Part shown: positions 22,501 to 34,232 of the stretch, piece by piece
Layout: every line of letters begins with the position of its first letter
Position numbering within the stretch: the first letter of the stretch is position 1
Assembly: GCA_051530055.1 (NCBI GenBank)
Contig: CM121342.1
Span: forward strand, 8,447,480-8,511,479
DNA: 64,000 nucleotides
Direction of reading: 5' to 3'
From: Neoechinorhynchus agilis
Lineage: Eukaryota > Animalia > Acanthocephala
Notes under the pieces: model-generated
Database searches by the model: none
What the model saw: only the letters and a program-made list of their open reading frames with translations
What the model was told of the DNA's origin: nothing
Translations under genes and position numbers: made by a program

Positions 22501-23289
22501 TATTGAATGTGTGAGCCCAAGGAGTAATCAGCTTGTCGAACATGACTTGTTTTGGAAGAATGGGGTTAGATTTGACAGTGACCACAAAAGGCCATCTTTT
22601 GGTAGGAAGAGCTTGATAATGTTTGAGAAGACATTTGACGAAGATGTTTTTGCTTTGAGATGGGAGAGCATTTGCTCTCGATGTTCGATTGGTACCGACC
22701 CTCCGCAATTATCAATGAGCGCGTCCACGGAGCAACGCTTTGGTTGTAGATTACGTCCTTAGGCATAATCGGATTTGACTTGATTGTGAGTATATACGGC
22801 CATCTCTTGACCGGAAGGGCTAGGTACTCGCGTTGAGTTTTGAATGAAGATGTCAGCTGTTGGGGGATTTCATCAGAAAGGGACCCTTCCAACAGGAACT
22901 GAGAAGTGGGATTCGATCCTGAATCAGTGATTGATGGCTGTTTGTCGCGCTTCATGTCTTTGAGAATATTACTCCGAACCTCCGGAGGTACGGGAATTCT
23001 CAGGGAAGTGGGTGGCCGTTTGCCACCCTCCGCCAAAACATTGGTACGCATTTTTTTGACCCCTCCCTACCACGACACGCATAATGTGCATTGGTGCGCG
23101 ATATCGATCTGCCCTAGGTCACACCTCCGCTCTTTCGATAAAAGGGATAACGCGTTTTCGGCTTCTTCAACCTTAGGCTTCTCCTTGGCATCCCAATTAT
23201 CTCTTCGCTTGTTCCAGTCTCGTCTGTTCTACCTGGCGCAAGTTTTGTTCGTCGACCTCCTTGTTTTCTAACTCGATGTTAACTCCCAT
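19600..23289 (-). mobile_element. APE-type LINE A (ORF1 + EN + RT), decayed, related to LINE B
   Basis: ORF1 fragments at 22200-23289. EN frame IVNLYIRP, IVGDFND, SFLDLII, TGHDIL at about 21590-22110. RT ORF at 19755-21296. Confidence 0.85.
19755..21296 (-). CDS. Non-LTR reverse transcriptase ORF (513 aa) of LINE A
   Basis: DLRPISLQN, HGFLKGKS, AVDLSQAFDKI, GVPQGSPLSTILF, CYADDF, LNFSKTK. Confidence 0.85.
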   Translation of the reverse strand: MLFSHYWAARCRQQLVSDRATLKSLQTFSSSWWNMASGKKRFISWGSKLTSWLKASSMDHILSSIFDFHGSSCAKGITLVIFRRLIPNRSDLNQSDIVKVWSLNPKLSSSNSTSGTKCLSLLSRESVLLIANLMLKCSPYAWRDINISRRIFLVKNGRKLVTAPNDLRPISLQNPLVTIYERALAHKLNLFIREHNCISSNCHGFLKGKSVHSALADIYSNFGDDAFPLRAILAVDLSQAFDKISLGFIIEMLEFFSVPHNLIARIHNTLFSKAFFFDDDATKTLYYPLNGVPQGSPLSTILFLLASQYLVQNFSYNANLICYADDFTFVLKSHRITSLKLLIIQSIDYLNTMLPRMNLSLNFSKTKLIFKTRSSCLRKDLKLFFSSHLSNNSSSSPVENFMPSKLRILGHTLTVNLSPRTGISKLKKLLKIAKSKATRAYKLGLDFHHVRTIWKSWAISSLVFFSRDRPPEHKPLFIQEFFRHIDLLPKSWAGFLKDLCLQRCNRWTSYSYS

Positions 23290-23546
23290 TCTCCTCCCTA
23301 TTCTCTCCAGGCCCGCCTCCTGGAGGTATCTGAGGATCCGGAGAGATGTACGAACTCTTAACGTTTCGAAAGAGTTTAAGTGGTCATATCACTTTTCTGA
23401 TGTAAAACATAAAATTTCTCTGACCGCCGAAAGTGCTAAAATAATTCACATCGATAAAAAAGAAATATATACATGAGGTCGAGAAAATCAGCTGACAATG
23501 TAACAAATGATGAAAAAACATACGGTTGAACAAACCAATTTCGTCA

Positions 23547-23702
23547 GCTGAGTTTGTACATTTCGTAGTTGTGAAGAGGTGGTCTAGTGGACTCGTGCCC
23601 AGAATCCCTGTTTCAGGGTCAAAGTGTTCGAATCCACGATTGCCAATGACGCAAAACCAAAGGGGAGGAAATACCACTGAAGGGAGGAAACTCACCGATG
23701 AG
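23547..23702 (+). repeat. tRNA-like (A-box/B-box) SINE-type repeat, copy 1
   Basis: GTAGTTGTG..TGGTCTAGTGG (A-box), hairpin CCCTG-TTT-CAGGG, GTTCGAATCC (B-box), and a body of about 55 bp shared with 34233-34386. Confidence 0.55.
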
Positions 23703-23711
23703 CAGCGCCTC

Positions 23712-23935
23712 CTGGAGGTCTGAGGGACGTGCTGATAAAGAGAGGGTATCCGGGTAGCAAGATAGCTCGATGTATTCGGGACGCACGCTATGCTACCTTC
23801 AGGAAGCAAAACGAACCAAAAGAACGGGGTTTCGTTTGAAGTTCCATTCGTTAATGATCAATGGAACGCGATGCGAATCGAATCTTGAGGTCGGCAAGAT
23901 ACAACTCAGATCCCTTTTTTTGATTCTGAAATGTG
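23712..23935 (+). mobile_element. Penelope-like element fragment (post-RT C-terminal extension)
   Basis: Reads LRDVLIKRGYPGSKIARCIRDA, matching the L..RGYP...I motif of PLE RT C-terminal extensions. Confidence 0.45.
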
Positions 23936-24093
23936 TTGGCGTCCAAAGATGGAGAATGGGAAATCAGTGCAAAGCACCCTTCTAGATTTCTAGAAATTCT
24001 TAATCTCTAGCTGAATTTATCAGGATAAAGACACGAACTAATGGACAATCTCCAATTGACAAATGATCTCAAAATCCCTCAGTAGTTTCCCGC

Positions 24094-25235
24094 TGCCTTC
24101 TAAACCAAAAGGTGAATCTGTTAGTTTTGGTTGAAATTCCGCGTAGATGACGAAACAATGAATAAAATTACTTTTATTCATATAAAAAATCTCTATAAAG
24201 CTTCTTATACGAACGTTTGATTCAAATTTGACCCAGGAGAATTTTTGTTAAGTTTCAATAGACCATTGAATTTTTCACTTTTTGCGATATGCTGATAAAT
24301 TCATAATCGCCCTTCTAAATTTTACGCATTTTCATGAAGGAAACAAAACGAATTTTCGGGTAATTTTTGCGCCATATTTCTACTGTTTTGATATGGCAGA
24401 AAAATTGAAGCAATTTATATGGTTCGATATTTCTGCACAATCTTGTGCCTTTGTCAAGAGTTTTTCTTTAGAAAATTACAAGTAAGCTTACTAACAAACA
24501 AACTGATGACAAACCCGAACTGGAACGCTGGTGGAATGAGACAGCTGAAGTGATTCGTAGTGAAGCAAAAAAAACTAGGAATGACATCGAGGAAACCTAA
24601 ACCCCAAAACAAAGAGGCATGGAGGTGGAATCAAGTCGTCAAGGACGCAATCAATCTAAAGAAGTCAGTCAGGAAAAGATTGGATTTTGACGCTTCGGCC
24701 TCGAATGCAGACGCTTACAAACAGGCTAAAAGGAAGGCCGTATGAGAATGCGCCAAAGCCAAGAGGGAAGCCGATAACGGCCTGTTCTAAAAATTGCAGC
24801 GAGGGAGTTGTAGAGATATGGTCTTCAGGTTGGCCAAAGTCAGGGATAAAAAATCGCGGAATATCGTGCACCTCAAAATGATCAGTGATAGCCATGGCAA
24901 GACGCTGGACCAATGTAAGGACATTTTGGATAGGTGGAAGGAATATTTCAGCACTCTGTTGAACACTGAGAATGACAGACTGCTTCTAGAGGACTTACAC
25001 CCGAATGTCAATATGACGAGGCCGTACTCGTACGATGAGATGGCTGCACAGCTCAGGAAAATGAAGACTGGTAGGAGCGGCGGTCCAGAGAACATGCCGA
25101 TCGAACTGTGGCAGTCAATGGGAGTCTTGGGAATAAAGTTGCTCATGGGGCTCTTTCAGAAGATAGATTTGGAGGAAAAGATCCCGTCGGAATGGCAGAG
25201 AAGCATATTGATACTGATCTTCAAAGGCAAAGGAG
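24094..25235 (+). repeat. Near-identical direct duplicate of 4074-5213 (exon X + 5' part of the RTE)
   Basis: Matching ORFs 4260/24282, 4538/24560 and 4772/24794 differ by only a few substitutions. The offset is about 20.02 kb. Confidence 0.95.
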
Positions 25236-27240
25236 TTGGATTCGCAAGACGTTCTTTCAAAACTTCATATACGTTACACTGTCTACTGTACTGAATTTGT
25301 TCAACGTCAGATTAAACATCAATTGATGGTAATCCGGTAAAATATGCAAGTAAACGAAGAAATGTATTCGAAATAGAAGTAACATTCCCGATATAAAGTT
25401 TAGATATCATGTTACAAACTCCGCTTCATCCAACTGAGTAATCGCTGAAGTTAGCAGACATAGCAGCGGAAGCGTTTCTCATAGAGACAGATATTACTCA
25501 AGAACTTCGCGATCAAAACACACCTTCTCCTCAAAGCAACTGAATTTGCTGAACAAGGGACCCGACTATATTATTAAGAATAAGATTGATCGACTAAAAT
25601 CCGATGTGAAACAGAGCTGCTCATAAACTCACATCCAGATCTGGTGAGTTCAATTTTGGCCTATGACAGGAAAGCTCGTACTCGGAACGTTCGCAACGAT
25701 AATGATGAAATGGCAATCGCAAAGTCCGTGAAGGATGTGGCATCAATAATGATTTGCAAATCTGACAAAGGACGCGCTTTATTAGCTGTGGACATGGAAT
25801 GCTATCAAAAGAGGGCTATGGATCTTCTTAACTCTGACAAATTCGGGAGGCTGGCGAAAGATCCCACGCGAAGCAGAGAAACTAAATTTAACGGTTTCCT
25901 AAGGAACTTGTTGAACCGGTCGCTGATCAGTCTTCAATTTTACAACGGGACGCGTTCATCATCGGCTAAGTGTGCGTTTCTATATCTCCTTCCGAAGATT
26001 CACAAGCCAATCATGCAGTACCGTCCAATTATAGCCAGTTACATGTCATTCAACCATCGCCTATCCAAAAGGATCAATGTTTTATTAAGATCGATTGTAG
26101 CAACTTCCGCCTCGCACATCAAGGATGGACCCACGTTTGCAATTGAGATCAGGAAAATAAACGTTAAGCTCCACAGAATGTTTACGGCCGATGTTAATGC
26201 TCTTTTCACCAATGTCCCGTTGACCAAAACGATCGAACTATCGGCTGATTTACTATCGAAGAATTGCAGTGAACCATGTTTGGACCGTGGTACGTGGTAT
26301 TCCCTAATTCAATGGTGCACGAGTATGACTGCCTTTGAATTCGAGGGTTCTTTTTACAATCAAAAAGATGGTGTAGCCATGGGATCTCCACTAGCTCTGA
26401 CTTTGTGCGACATTTACATGCGGGATTGGGAGTTCACTTTTTTGGAGTCTCATAGTTATGTAAATCGACGGTGGCGTTATGTTGACGATGCATTCATTCT
26501 AACTGATCCAAACCACAACAAAGATTCACTAAATGTTGATCTGAATATTCAAGATTCACACAAACAGTGGACAGTCAACGAAGAGGGCATCGACGGTGAG
26601 GTCTCGTTCATCACAAGGCAAAGTTAGCACCTCACTTTTTCGTAAGGCGAACCTACCATGGGGACCACCACACTGGTCAAGCCACCAACCGATAAGGCAT
26701 AAAATCTCGGCGGTCTCTTCATACTTCCGAAGAGCCTCTCTTATCTCATCCACTCGATTGGCGTGGAGTAAAGAAAGGGAGAAGATAGTCCAGAAGCTAA
26801 AAATGATGGGATATCCCAAATGGATTATAGACCGCGGAATCAAAAGCAGGAAGTACCATCCACACAACAACCACAACCAAAAATCGCCCGCAGAGCTTAT
26901 ATGTTTTGAAAAAGTGAACTTCATTGATGATGAAACAAATCAGATGATCTACTCCATTATGAGTAAGAAGGCTGGAACTCGTCTCTATAACAATAAAGGA
27001 ATCGCCCTCAGATGCACATTCAAGAGGAAGAGTAAAACTGAGCCGATGCATGGGTTTTACAGAATGCACTGTGAACAGTGTGATAAAGTCTACATCGGAT
27101 AAACGATGCAGGGCATTAAGAAGAGGGTCTCGCAACATAAGCAAGCTTGCATTCGATTTGAGCATTCTTCGGCAATCTCAAATCATCAAGAGACATGTAA
27201 GCATCGAGCGGATTTTGGTGGCACCTATTTCGATGCACTA
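25236..27240 (+). mobile_element. Penelope-like element (RT + GIY-YIG), disrupted
   Basis: LNLLNKGPDY. ORF 25644-26627 has KSDKG, LYLLPKIHKP..YRPII, DVNALFTNVP, YNQKDGVAMGSPL and WRYVDDAF. ORF 26596-27102 has GYPKWII and GFYRMHCEQCDKVYIG*T. Confidence 0.92.
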
Positions 27241-27281
27241 TCTCGGATGAAATCAGGCTTATTGCCTCGAACGTTTCGAAC

Positions 27282-27440
27282 CTATTTATATTCGAACGTT
27301 TCGAACCTATTTATATATAAGGATTCGATGACAATACGTTCGAAACGCCGACCAATGCGAACTAGTGTTGTAGCGGCACTAAAATCAATAGTGTGCCCTG
27401 TGTTTTTTGCATGGGCCACCACTGCGGAACTAATATAATG
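27282..27440 (-). mobile_element. Penelope-like GIY-YIG C-terminal fragment, opposite strand
   Basis: SAVVAHAKNTGHTIDFSAATTLVRIGRRFERIVIESLYI. Confidence 0.75.
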
Positions 27441-27865
27441 GGCAATTTCTGCCCTAACTTTTTTTAGTCGCGGTTGTCCACCCGAACAGCGGCCCATTTT
27501 CGGTGAGGCCCTGCTACAAAACGCGTCATTCTTAAGACAAAAAGAGAAAATGGAATTGGTCAAGAGAATGAACTACTAACTATAAACAAAATTAACTTAA
27601 AATCCTATGTTTCACAACTTTGAGCGCTATCACGTGTGCTTCTAATATATATTTGTTGTTGTTGAACTAATATCCGTGTTACAGATAAATTAATTAAATG
27701 ACATTGTTTTTAGCTTTTTTTGATTCCCAGGAAGCTGTAGTCATATTTTAGACCGTTTAATCGAGAATTCTGCTAGTTGATAAACAGGTAAAAGAATATG
27801 CGCAACGTATATAATATTTCGCCCCCAACGTGGGTCTTCAGATCTAAAAATAAGGCATGGAGAAT

Positions 27866-28153
27866 TTATGTAATCTTCATTTTGAGGATATAATCGGGCT
27901 TGTTGCCTTCCATTGTTTCGTTATTTTTGATACAGATCGCTTCAGTTATGATACGAGTGTATTGATCGTCGCTACGGTCCAATATTTTTGTGTCATTAAA
28001 ATCGATTGAGTGTCCTGTGTTATCTACATGATTTACTATTGCAGAATTTTTATCTTGCCTCCTCAAATCGTATTTGTGTTCATAAGTTTTGCGAGCAACA
28101 TTATTCGTTTGTCCTGACTTGTTGCAGTCTGTGCATGGCATGCTATAAACCAC
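27866..28153 (-). mobile_element. Penelope-like GIY-YIG fragment, third copy
   Basis: VYSMPCTDCNK..GQT...EHKYDLRRQDKNSAIVNHVDNTGHSIDFNDTKIL...RIITEAICI. Confidence 0.8.
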
Positions 28154-28319
28154 GCCATGTGGTGGGTCACCCTTCGCAGAACTTATGAAAGCATTGAAGG
28201 TCTTTTGTTGTTTGGTGTAAGTTACTGTTTTAATTCCTTTTAGTCAATACGCATTCACTATTTTTGAGTTCAAATTATTGTGCCATTTTTCATTTACATA
28301 AGGGATGTTTATGTATCGT

Positions 28320-29390
28320 TTTTCCTCACTTGCAGAGCGGACGGAAGTGTTGACAATGTATCGGGCAAGGATGTGTTTTAACTTTCAAGAGATGGTGTTT
28401 AAGACGAAGATTTTCAAATCGGGTGGTTTTTTCAAGAATCTTCTAATGAAGATTAACATTAAAAATGTCTACAAATCAACATTGTTGTTTGGTTAAATTA
28501 TTAGTACTTATAAAAGTTCCCAAAAAATTTATTTATTGTGACAAAAGCCACTTACAACCAAAAAAGTTCCACTAAAATTTATTTATTATTACAAAAGCCA
28601 CTTACAAGCCGTTAACAATAAGCAAAATCAGGCCATTAAAGCGAAGTAGTTAAATTTGCGGAATAAAGGAATTGCGTTGGAAATAAAACCTACGTCCAGC
28701 ATGCACAAAATGGAGAGGGCAATGATTTGGCAGAATGGAGCAAACGATTTTAAAATCGACAACAATCTGATTGGATCGCCATTGTTTTTATATTGGCAGA
28801 CTGGAACACATTGGTCTATTTATTTTTAAGCAAGGCAACTTCACCAACACCTCCTGTCGGCCGTATTCGAATTTCGAGCCGACGGAGTCACCAATCTCGA
28901 TCGCTTGTGTGGACAATTTCGCCGATTCTCATTTAATAGAACCGAGAAGCCGCATGTATTTAGATTTTACAGTCAACAATCATAAATGTCCAGCTTTAGT
29001 AGTTTTTTTACGAGCTTCAAAGTATTTCCAAAAAATGAAAACAATATATAATTTTTATGAATTTCGCAAGCCTCAGGTTCCTTCGGCAGGCTGAAATATT
29101 GTAACTATGATGGGGGTCATCTTTTTTCTAGACGTCAGTCAAAAACGACTCATTTAAACTCACATTAGTTTCACCCTTTTTAGGATAAATGGTGTTCATT
29201 CCGACGTTTAGGATCGTTTTTTCTTAGCGAATATCCACGACATAATCATCATGAGTTGCTCGAAAGTTACATGAACGATTTAATTGGTAACCAAAAACAA
29301 CATTTCAGAGATTTATATCACATGCAAGCTTTCGCGTGCATTTATTTCGTTGCTTAGATATGAATATTCTGTAAATAGCGAAAAGGACAG
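28320..29390 (+). repeat. Diverged copy of unknown repeat Y
   Basis: Colinear with 7280-8270, e.g. ATGTATCGGGCAA.GATGTG and CAAGGCAACTTCACCAACACCTCCTGTCGGCCGTATTCGAATTTC. Confidence 0.8.
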
Positions 29391-29394
29391 TGTC

Positions 29395-29620
29395 CCGCTC
29401 TCTCCTCGTACGTCCTCTCTCTCTTCGACGTCCTCTCTCAGTTCAGTCAACGTGATCTCTCTCGATCAGTCAGCGTCCTCTCTCTCAGTTCAGTCAACGT
29501 CCTCTCTCTCAGTTCAGTCAACGTCCTCTCTCAGTTCAACATTTTATCTTTCAGCTCAACGTCTTCTCTCTCTCCGTTCAACGTCCTCTCTATCAATCAG
29601 TCAACGTCCTCTCGCTCGTA
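29395..29620 (+). repeat. Imperfect ~24-bp minisatellite (CAGTTCAGTCAACGTCCTCTCTCT)
   Basis: Repeated CAACGTCCTCTCT units lie directly before the CR1-like ORF1. Confidence 0.8.
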
Positions 29621-29635
29621 AACTTCCTCTAATCA

Positions 29636-32075
29636 ATGAACGGTGAACGAGGATCTGACAACTATTCCACTCTTATTGACGTTGCACTAAAGAAATGCTT
29701 TGAACGAGTTACTGAAACTCTAAAGGACTCATTAATTGAAATGATGACCACAGTTAAGGATATATTAACGGAGGCTATTGAGTGCGAAAAGGAAGCTCTC
29801 AAAAGTGAACAATTAATCGAAGTCAGAAAGTACAAAGGAAAGAAAGCTAACGGTTCAAAAAGGCAGTCAAAGGTTTTATAGGTGAATTCTAAAAAACCGA
29901 CTAAAGGTTCACTGAAATCGGATGGTGAAGCGGCCACAGGTTTTGTAAGATTCCATCTGTATGCTAAACTCGAATGAAGATTTGTTGGAAACGAATGGTG
30001 TTCTAAAGACTGAGAATATTTCGACTTTTACTAGGGACTTTTAACCACCCTTAGAGGATATTTAGCCAGTAGTACTTTATGATTCCAATATTACTGTCGA
30101 GGAGCATGATATTGTGATTGGGATAAAAGGTAACGATAGGAAAAAGGAAAGCGATCCAGCTGAAGTAATTACTAAGAAAGCTGCGGTCGGACAAAAGGTC
30201 CAAGTAACACCTGAACAAGTAGTAACAAGAGCAAAAGGAGGAACTCCATCAAAATCAATCAACCATCCGATTCATTTCGGTAGTGATACACCTTCTCCAC
30301 CACTACCATCATCCCTCGCCGCTCTGAATTCGACCCATCGCATTATGCACTCCTCCCTCGATGATAGAAATCGCACCATATTTATTCCTGGTATGTCGGA
30401 GGCCCCTGTAGCAGATCCTGTCGCAGATGATGCACACAACCGCCACCAAATCCTTCGAATCGGTCAATTCATTTCCCCGACATTCACTCTACTATTCCTC
30501 CTCCATCAACAGTTATGCGCATTCCATCCAAAAATCCCTTTAACCCGAGAAAACGTCTCCTCAAAGTAACTTTTATTTCGCCACTTCCTAACAGGAGATA
30601 CAAACTCCTTACTTCTCAACTTTCTTTTCGTATCCATTCACATAAGAACTTATCACAAAATCTTTTCACCGACCCTTCAAACTCAACCAAGATCTCATCT
30701 TCCCAGTGTAACCCGTCACTTTCAGCGAACACCCACGAACATCTCCCCCATCCCAAAAAATCGAAGAATAAGCGACTTCCCAGTTTCTTTGATTACGTGC
30801 AACTCCACCGACGCCCGAATAACCACAAAGGTCAATCTCCCAGCCCTTCCACATTAAATACTCTCTTTTTCCCGAATCAAGTAAATAATTATCTCTCTGC
30901 CCCTACTAAACCGTAGCTGATCCATGCAAAGTCTCAACCCCAAACTCATTTCTATCATTACCAATCACTCATCCCAACTCAAATTTTCGAGTCGCCCCCA
31001 GACTTCTCTCTTTGGGATAATCAATCGTTCTTTATCGGCATCCCGCAACGATTCGTCCCTTAACCCGCCATCTCCAACGAACAACGCAACCCCAATCACC
31101 CTCACTTCCGCCCCAATTTACCGAAATCGTAAATTCCCTTCCTTACCGTTTTCTATTGCAATACTAGTAGCCTCCTTCCTAAACTAGATGAAATTTCACT
31201 CAAATCATTTACCTCAAAAGCCGACGTAGTAATCTTAACAGAAACGCGGCTTACCTCCTTCAACAGCGACTCAGCAATCCTTCCCGGGTACTCTTCCTTC
31301 CATACATACTGCGATGACCGTCCAGGAGGGGTCTCAATTTACGTACGGCAATCGCTACCTTACGCTTTATCTCTCACAGACTCTCTACAAAACCCCGATC
31401 TAGAATTCATCCCAGTCCATTCCATAGCTCCTCTGAGAAACGGCCTTAGAGAATTCACCATTGCTGGCGTATATCGCCCTCCGGCCTCTCGCCCTGAGTT
31501 CTCCTTGTTCCAAATTGACTCTATGATGGAGCTCATAAACTCCACAAATTCGCACCTTTTCTTAATTGTAGGGGACTTCAATAATCTATTTCCTCTTCTA
31601 CCCTTCTCCGAATTGCATCTACTTATTGACTTCCCAACCCGTCTTGACGCTCATCTTGACAAAGTGTTCACAAATATCGACGCCTACTCATCTGCCTAAA
31701 AACTCCCTCCCTCCGCGATACCACCTTTCTGCCCTCATTATTCCCTCCACCCTACATCAGCGAATAAAATCTCCCCGTTCACCCGTCTGGGATAAACGTA
31801 ATCATCACATCCACAATTTTATAAAATTGTTCAACTCTAATATTCGCACATTCCACTCTGACAACACAAATGACCCTTTTTTGGCCATGTCCTCCCTAAA
31901 CTCAATCATAAAAAATTCACTAACTTCGACAATTCCCAAGAAATTCATTAGGATCTCCAATCACGACCTTCCATGGATAACCCCCATTTTGAAACTTTTC
32001 AAAGGCAAGCTTTTAAGGCCGATCGCAATAACTCCCCAGGCCCTCCCCGTTTACAAAAAGCACTTAATAACAAAG
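29636..32075 (+). mobile_element. CR1/L2-like LINE, 5' half (ORF1 + APE endonuclease), truncated
   Basis: ORF1 motif DDRNRTIFIPGMSE...RLLKVTF. EN frame ADVVILTETRL, GGVSIYV, GVYRPP, IVGDFN, FPTRLDAHLDKVFTN, followed by PWITP. Confidence 0.85.
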
Positions 32076-32094
32076 TAATAATCCGCTTCTTTCC

Positions 32095-33440
32095 GAGGCA
32101 TCCCAACGTTTCCATTGCAATCGGAATGAATATATATATTGATGCCCATCGAGCGAGTACTTATGCCGCTTCTTTTCCTCGCTGAAGCTGGCAAATCCCA
32201 AACTTGTATTTTCCCGGAGCACCATGGGAGGAAAGTCGCTCCATCAGGGCGTTTACAGTCGTTCCGGGAAAGTCCGACTGGTTCGAGTCGAGCGGGAGAA
32301 GCGGCCGTTGAGAGGGCTTCCTCAATTATGCGGTTGACTGCTGAGTGTTGTGCTTGGCGAGCATTTGAACGCTTGCAGTCAGGGCCGTTAGTTCCCGACC
32401 TGTTCAATGTCTCACCGCACCGGCATGTATATGAGCCTTAGAAATTGATGCCCGAACGAAGTCCCACAGCGACGGTGACTGCTTGGTCATCCAGCCTCGT
32501 GCCAACAGCCGTGATCGGGAAAGCCTTCAAGAAGTCGCTTGAGTGTGAAGTCGAGACTGCCAGGAGACGAGCTCTATCGGTCGAAGTCTTCAGAAGGTAA
32601 GCGATCTTCTGTAGCGACAGACATCGTCCTGGTATGAACAGAGCGTCGTGTCGCGGCATGTGCAAGATCCTGGAGGCTGTGAGCCGCAATTGATCGATAT
32701 CTTTTGAGAGGAACGTTTCCAGGTTAGACAGGTTATCGATTGGAGACCCGAGAATGTCAGCTGAGTCGGTTTCATTTGTCTTTGCTCCGGGTAGTACGGT
32801 GAGCAGTCTCGATGCATCCTCTTAATCGTCCGAAATTATCTCGCATTTGTCCGTTCTCACGAATAGTCCGATATCGGCATCCATTTCGGAGATGTTTTTG
32901 ATGTCGCGGATGAGCTGGTCGATCTCCCCTCCAATGCAACAGTCGTGGCGGTACCAGATCGACAACTAAGACGAAGAGCTGTGGGCAAGATGATTGATCG
33001 TCAATGCGAATAGCAGAGGACCTAGAGGATCATCTTGTTGAACGCCCTTTGCTGATTTGACGTGGAATTCGCCGGACAGCAGCATGCTGGACTGGTCGAA
33101 GCACAAGGACACGTACTGGTAGATTTCTGGTAGGTGATGGTGGACAACCTCTGTCATCGCGGTGCGGCATATTGACTTGAACGCGTTCTGCATGTCAAGC
33201 TTGACCATAGCCGTTCCCTTATGGATACCATTCCGACTATACGCTCGGGCTGAGTGTACGGCCGCCTCGGCTCCAGCAGGAACTGCGACTCCTAATTGAA
33301 CTGGCAAGAGTTGATCGATAAATTGATCGGTAGCGAACTGACATGCGACTTTGGACGCCAATCGACGGAAGGTATAACCCACAGCAATGGGGCGAACCCC
33401 TCCACCTTTTTTGGTGAAAGTGATCAGCTTGGCACCTGTA
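32095..33440 (-). mobile_element. CRE-clade non-LTR element (RT + REL endonuclease), decayed
   Basis: GAKL..KKGGGVRPIAVGYTFRRL, QLGVAVPAGAEA, KLDMQNAF, GVQQDDPLGPLLFAL, RLLAVS, RLEPVGLSRNDCKRPDG, VWD. Confidence 0.88.
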
Positions 33441-33529
33441 GGATAATCTATGTTGATTATTAATTGTTAACTTGTTGTATGTGGCGTTTGGTAACAATAA
33501 ATTAATTTTACTGGAGGTTTTATAAGTGC

Positions 33530-33830
33530 AGATTCTTCAAAAAGATCCGTCCAATGTGAAAATCTTAGTTTTAAACACCATCTCTTGAAAGTTCAAACAC
33601 ATCCTTGCCCGATACATTGTCATCACTTCGGTTCGTTCTGCAAGTTTAAAATAGTGCAAATCGATTCTCGCTTTATGAGCAAATCCGTACGAATTCTCAA
33701 CGGCAACGACGATACACGTATTTTTCCATGGTAAACAAATACCAATATAAACAGAAATATTTCTCCTGGTAGAATGTGTAGGCTCGAAGGAAACCTGTTT
33801 TTATTCCACGGATGACAAATTAGCGAAGGG
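33530..33830 (-). repeat. Diverged inverted fragment of unknown repeat Y
   Basis: AAACACCATCTCTTGAAAGTT.AAACACATCCTTGCCCGATACATTGTCA and GAAATATTTCTCC..TAGAATGTGTAGG match 7230-7360 and 28330-28430 in reverse. Confidence 0.75.
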
Positions 33831-34056
33831 ATCCGGATGGCGTAGACCAAAAGAGTCCTTGATGGCCCACCACCATGTTGAGTGGCCACCTGATCGAATT
33901 TTAGAGGAGAGGAGTCTGATATTGCGACTGTGATAAAAGGTAACGATAGGAAAAGCAAAAGCGATTCAGCTGAAGTTACTACTAAAAAACGTACGGTTGA
34001 ACAAATGGTCGGCGAAGCATTTGAACGAGGAGGAACAAATAAATACTTCATTTTGA

Positions 34057-34175
34057 AGACTGCCAGCCGGTAACTTTTATTAAGTATCAATGTGCGGCCT
34101 TTTCCACGGCTGATAATTTTCCTTGGGCACACAGCCCACCGATCTGGATCAGAGAGGGAATTAGATCACTCTATA
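34057..34175 (+). repeat. Dispersed TIR-like motif with flank
   Basis: CCAGCCGGTAA...CACGGCTGATAATTTTCCTTGGGCACACAGCCCACCGATCTGG, colinear with 424-499 and 37838-37958. Confidence 0.65.
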
Positions 34176-34232
34176 CCATGAACCATACGGGAAAAAATAC
34201 AATGGCTTTGAATTAAAAAAATAAAAAAACTG

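Noticed and set aside
23311-23335. CGCCTCCTGGAGGT..CTGAGG repeated at 23706-23725 as a TSD or terminal repeat
   Set aside because: The match is short, the intervening sequence is heterogeneous, and no element boundaries fit.
28370-28395. TGA/TAA conserved in one frame of repeat Y as evidence of stop-codon reassignment
   Set aside because: The kinase and retroelement ORFs use the standard code, and the opposite-strand frame explains the substitution pattern without stops.
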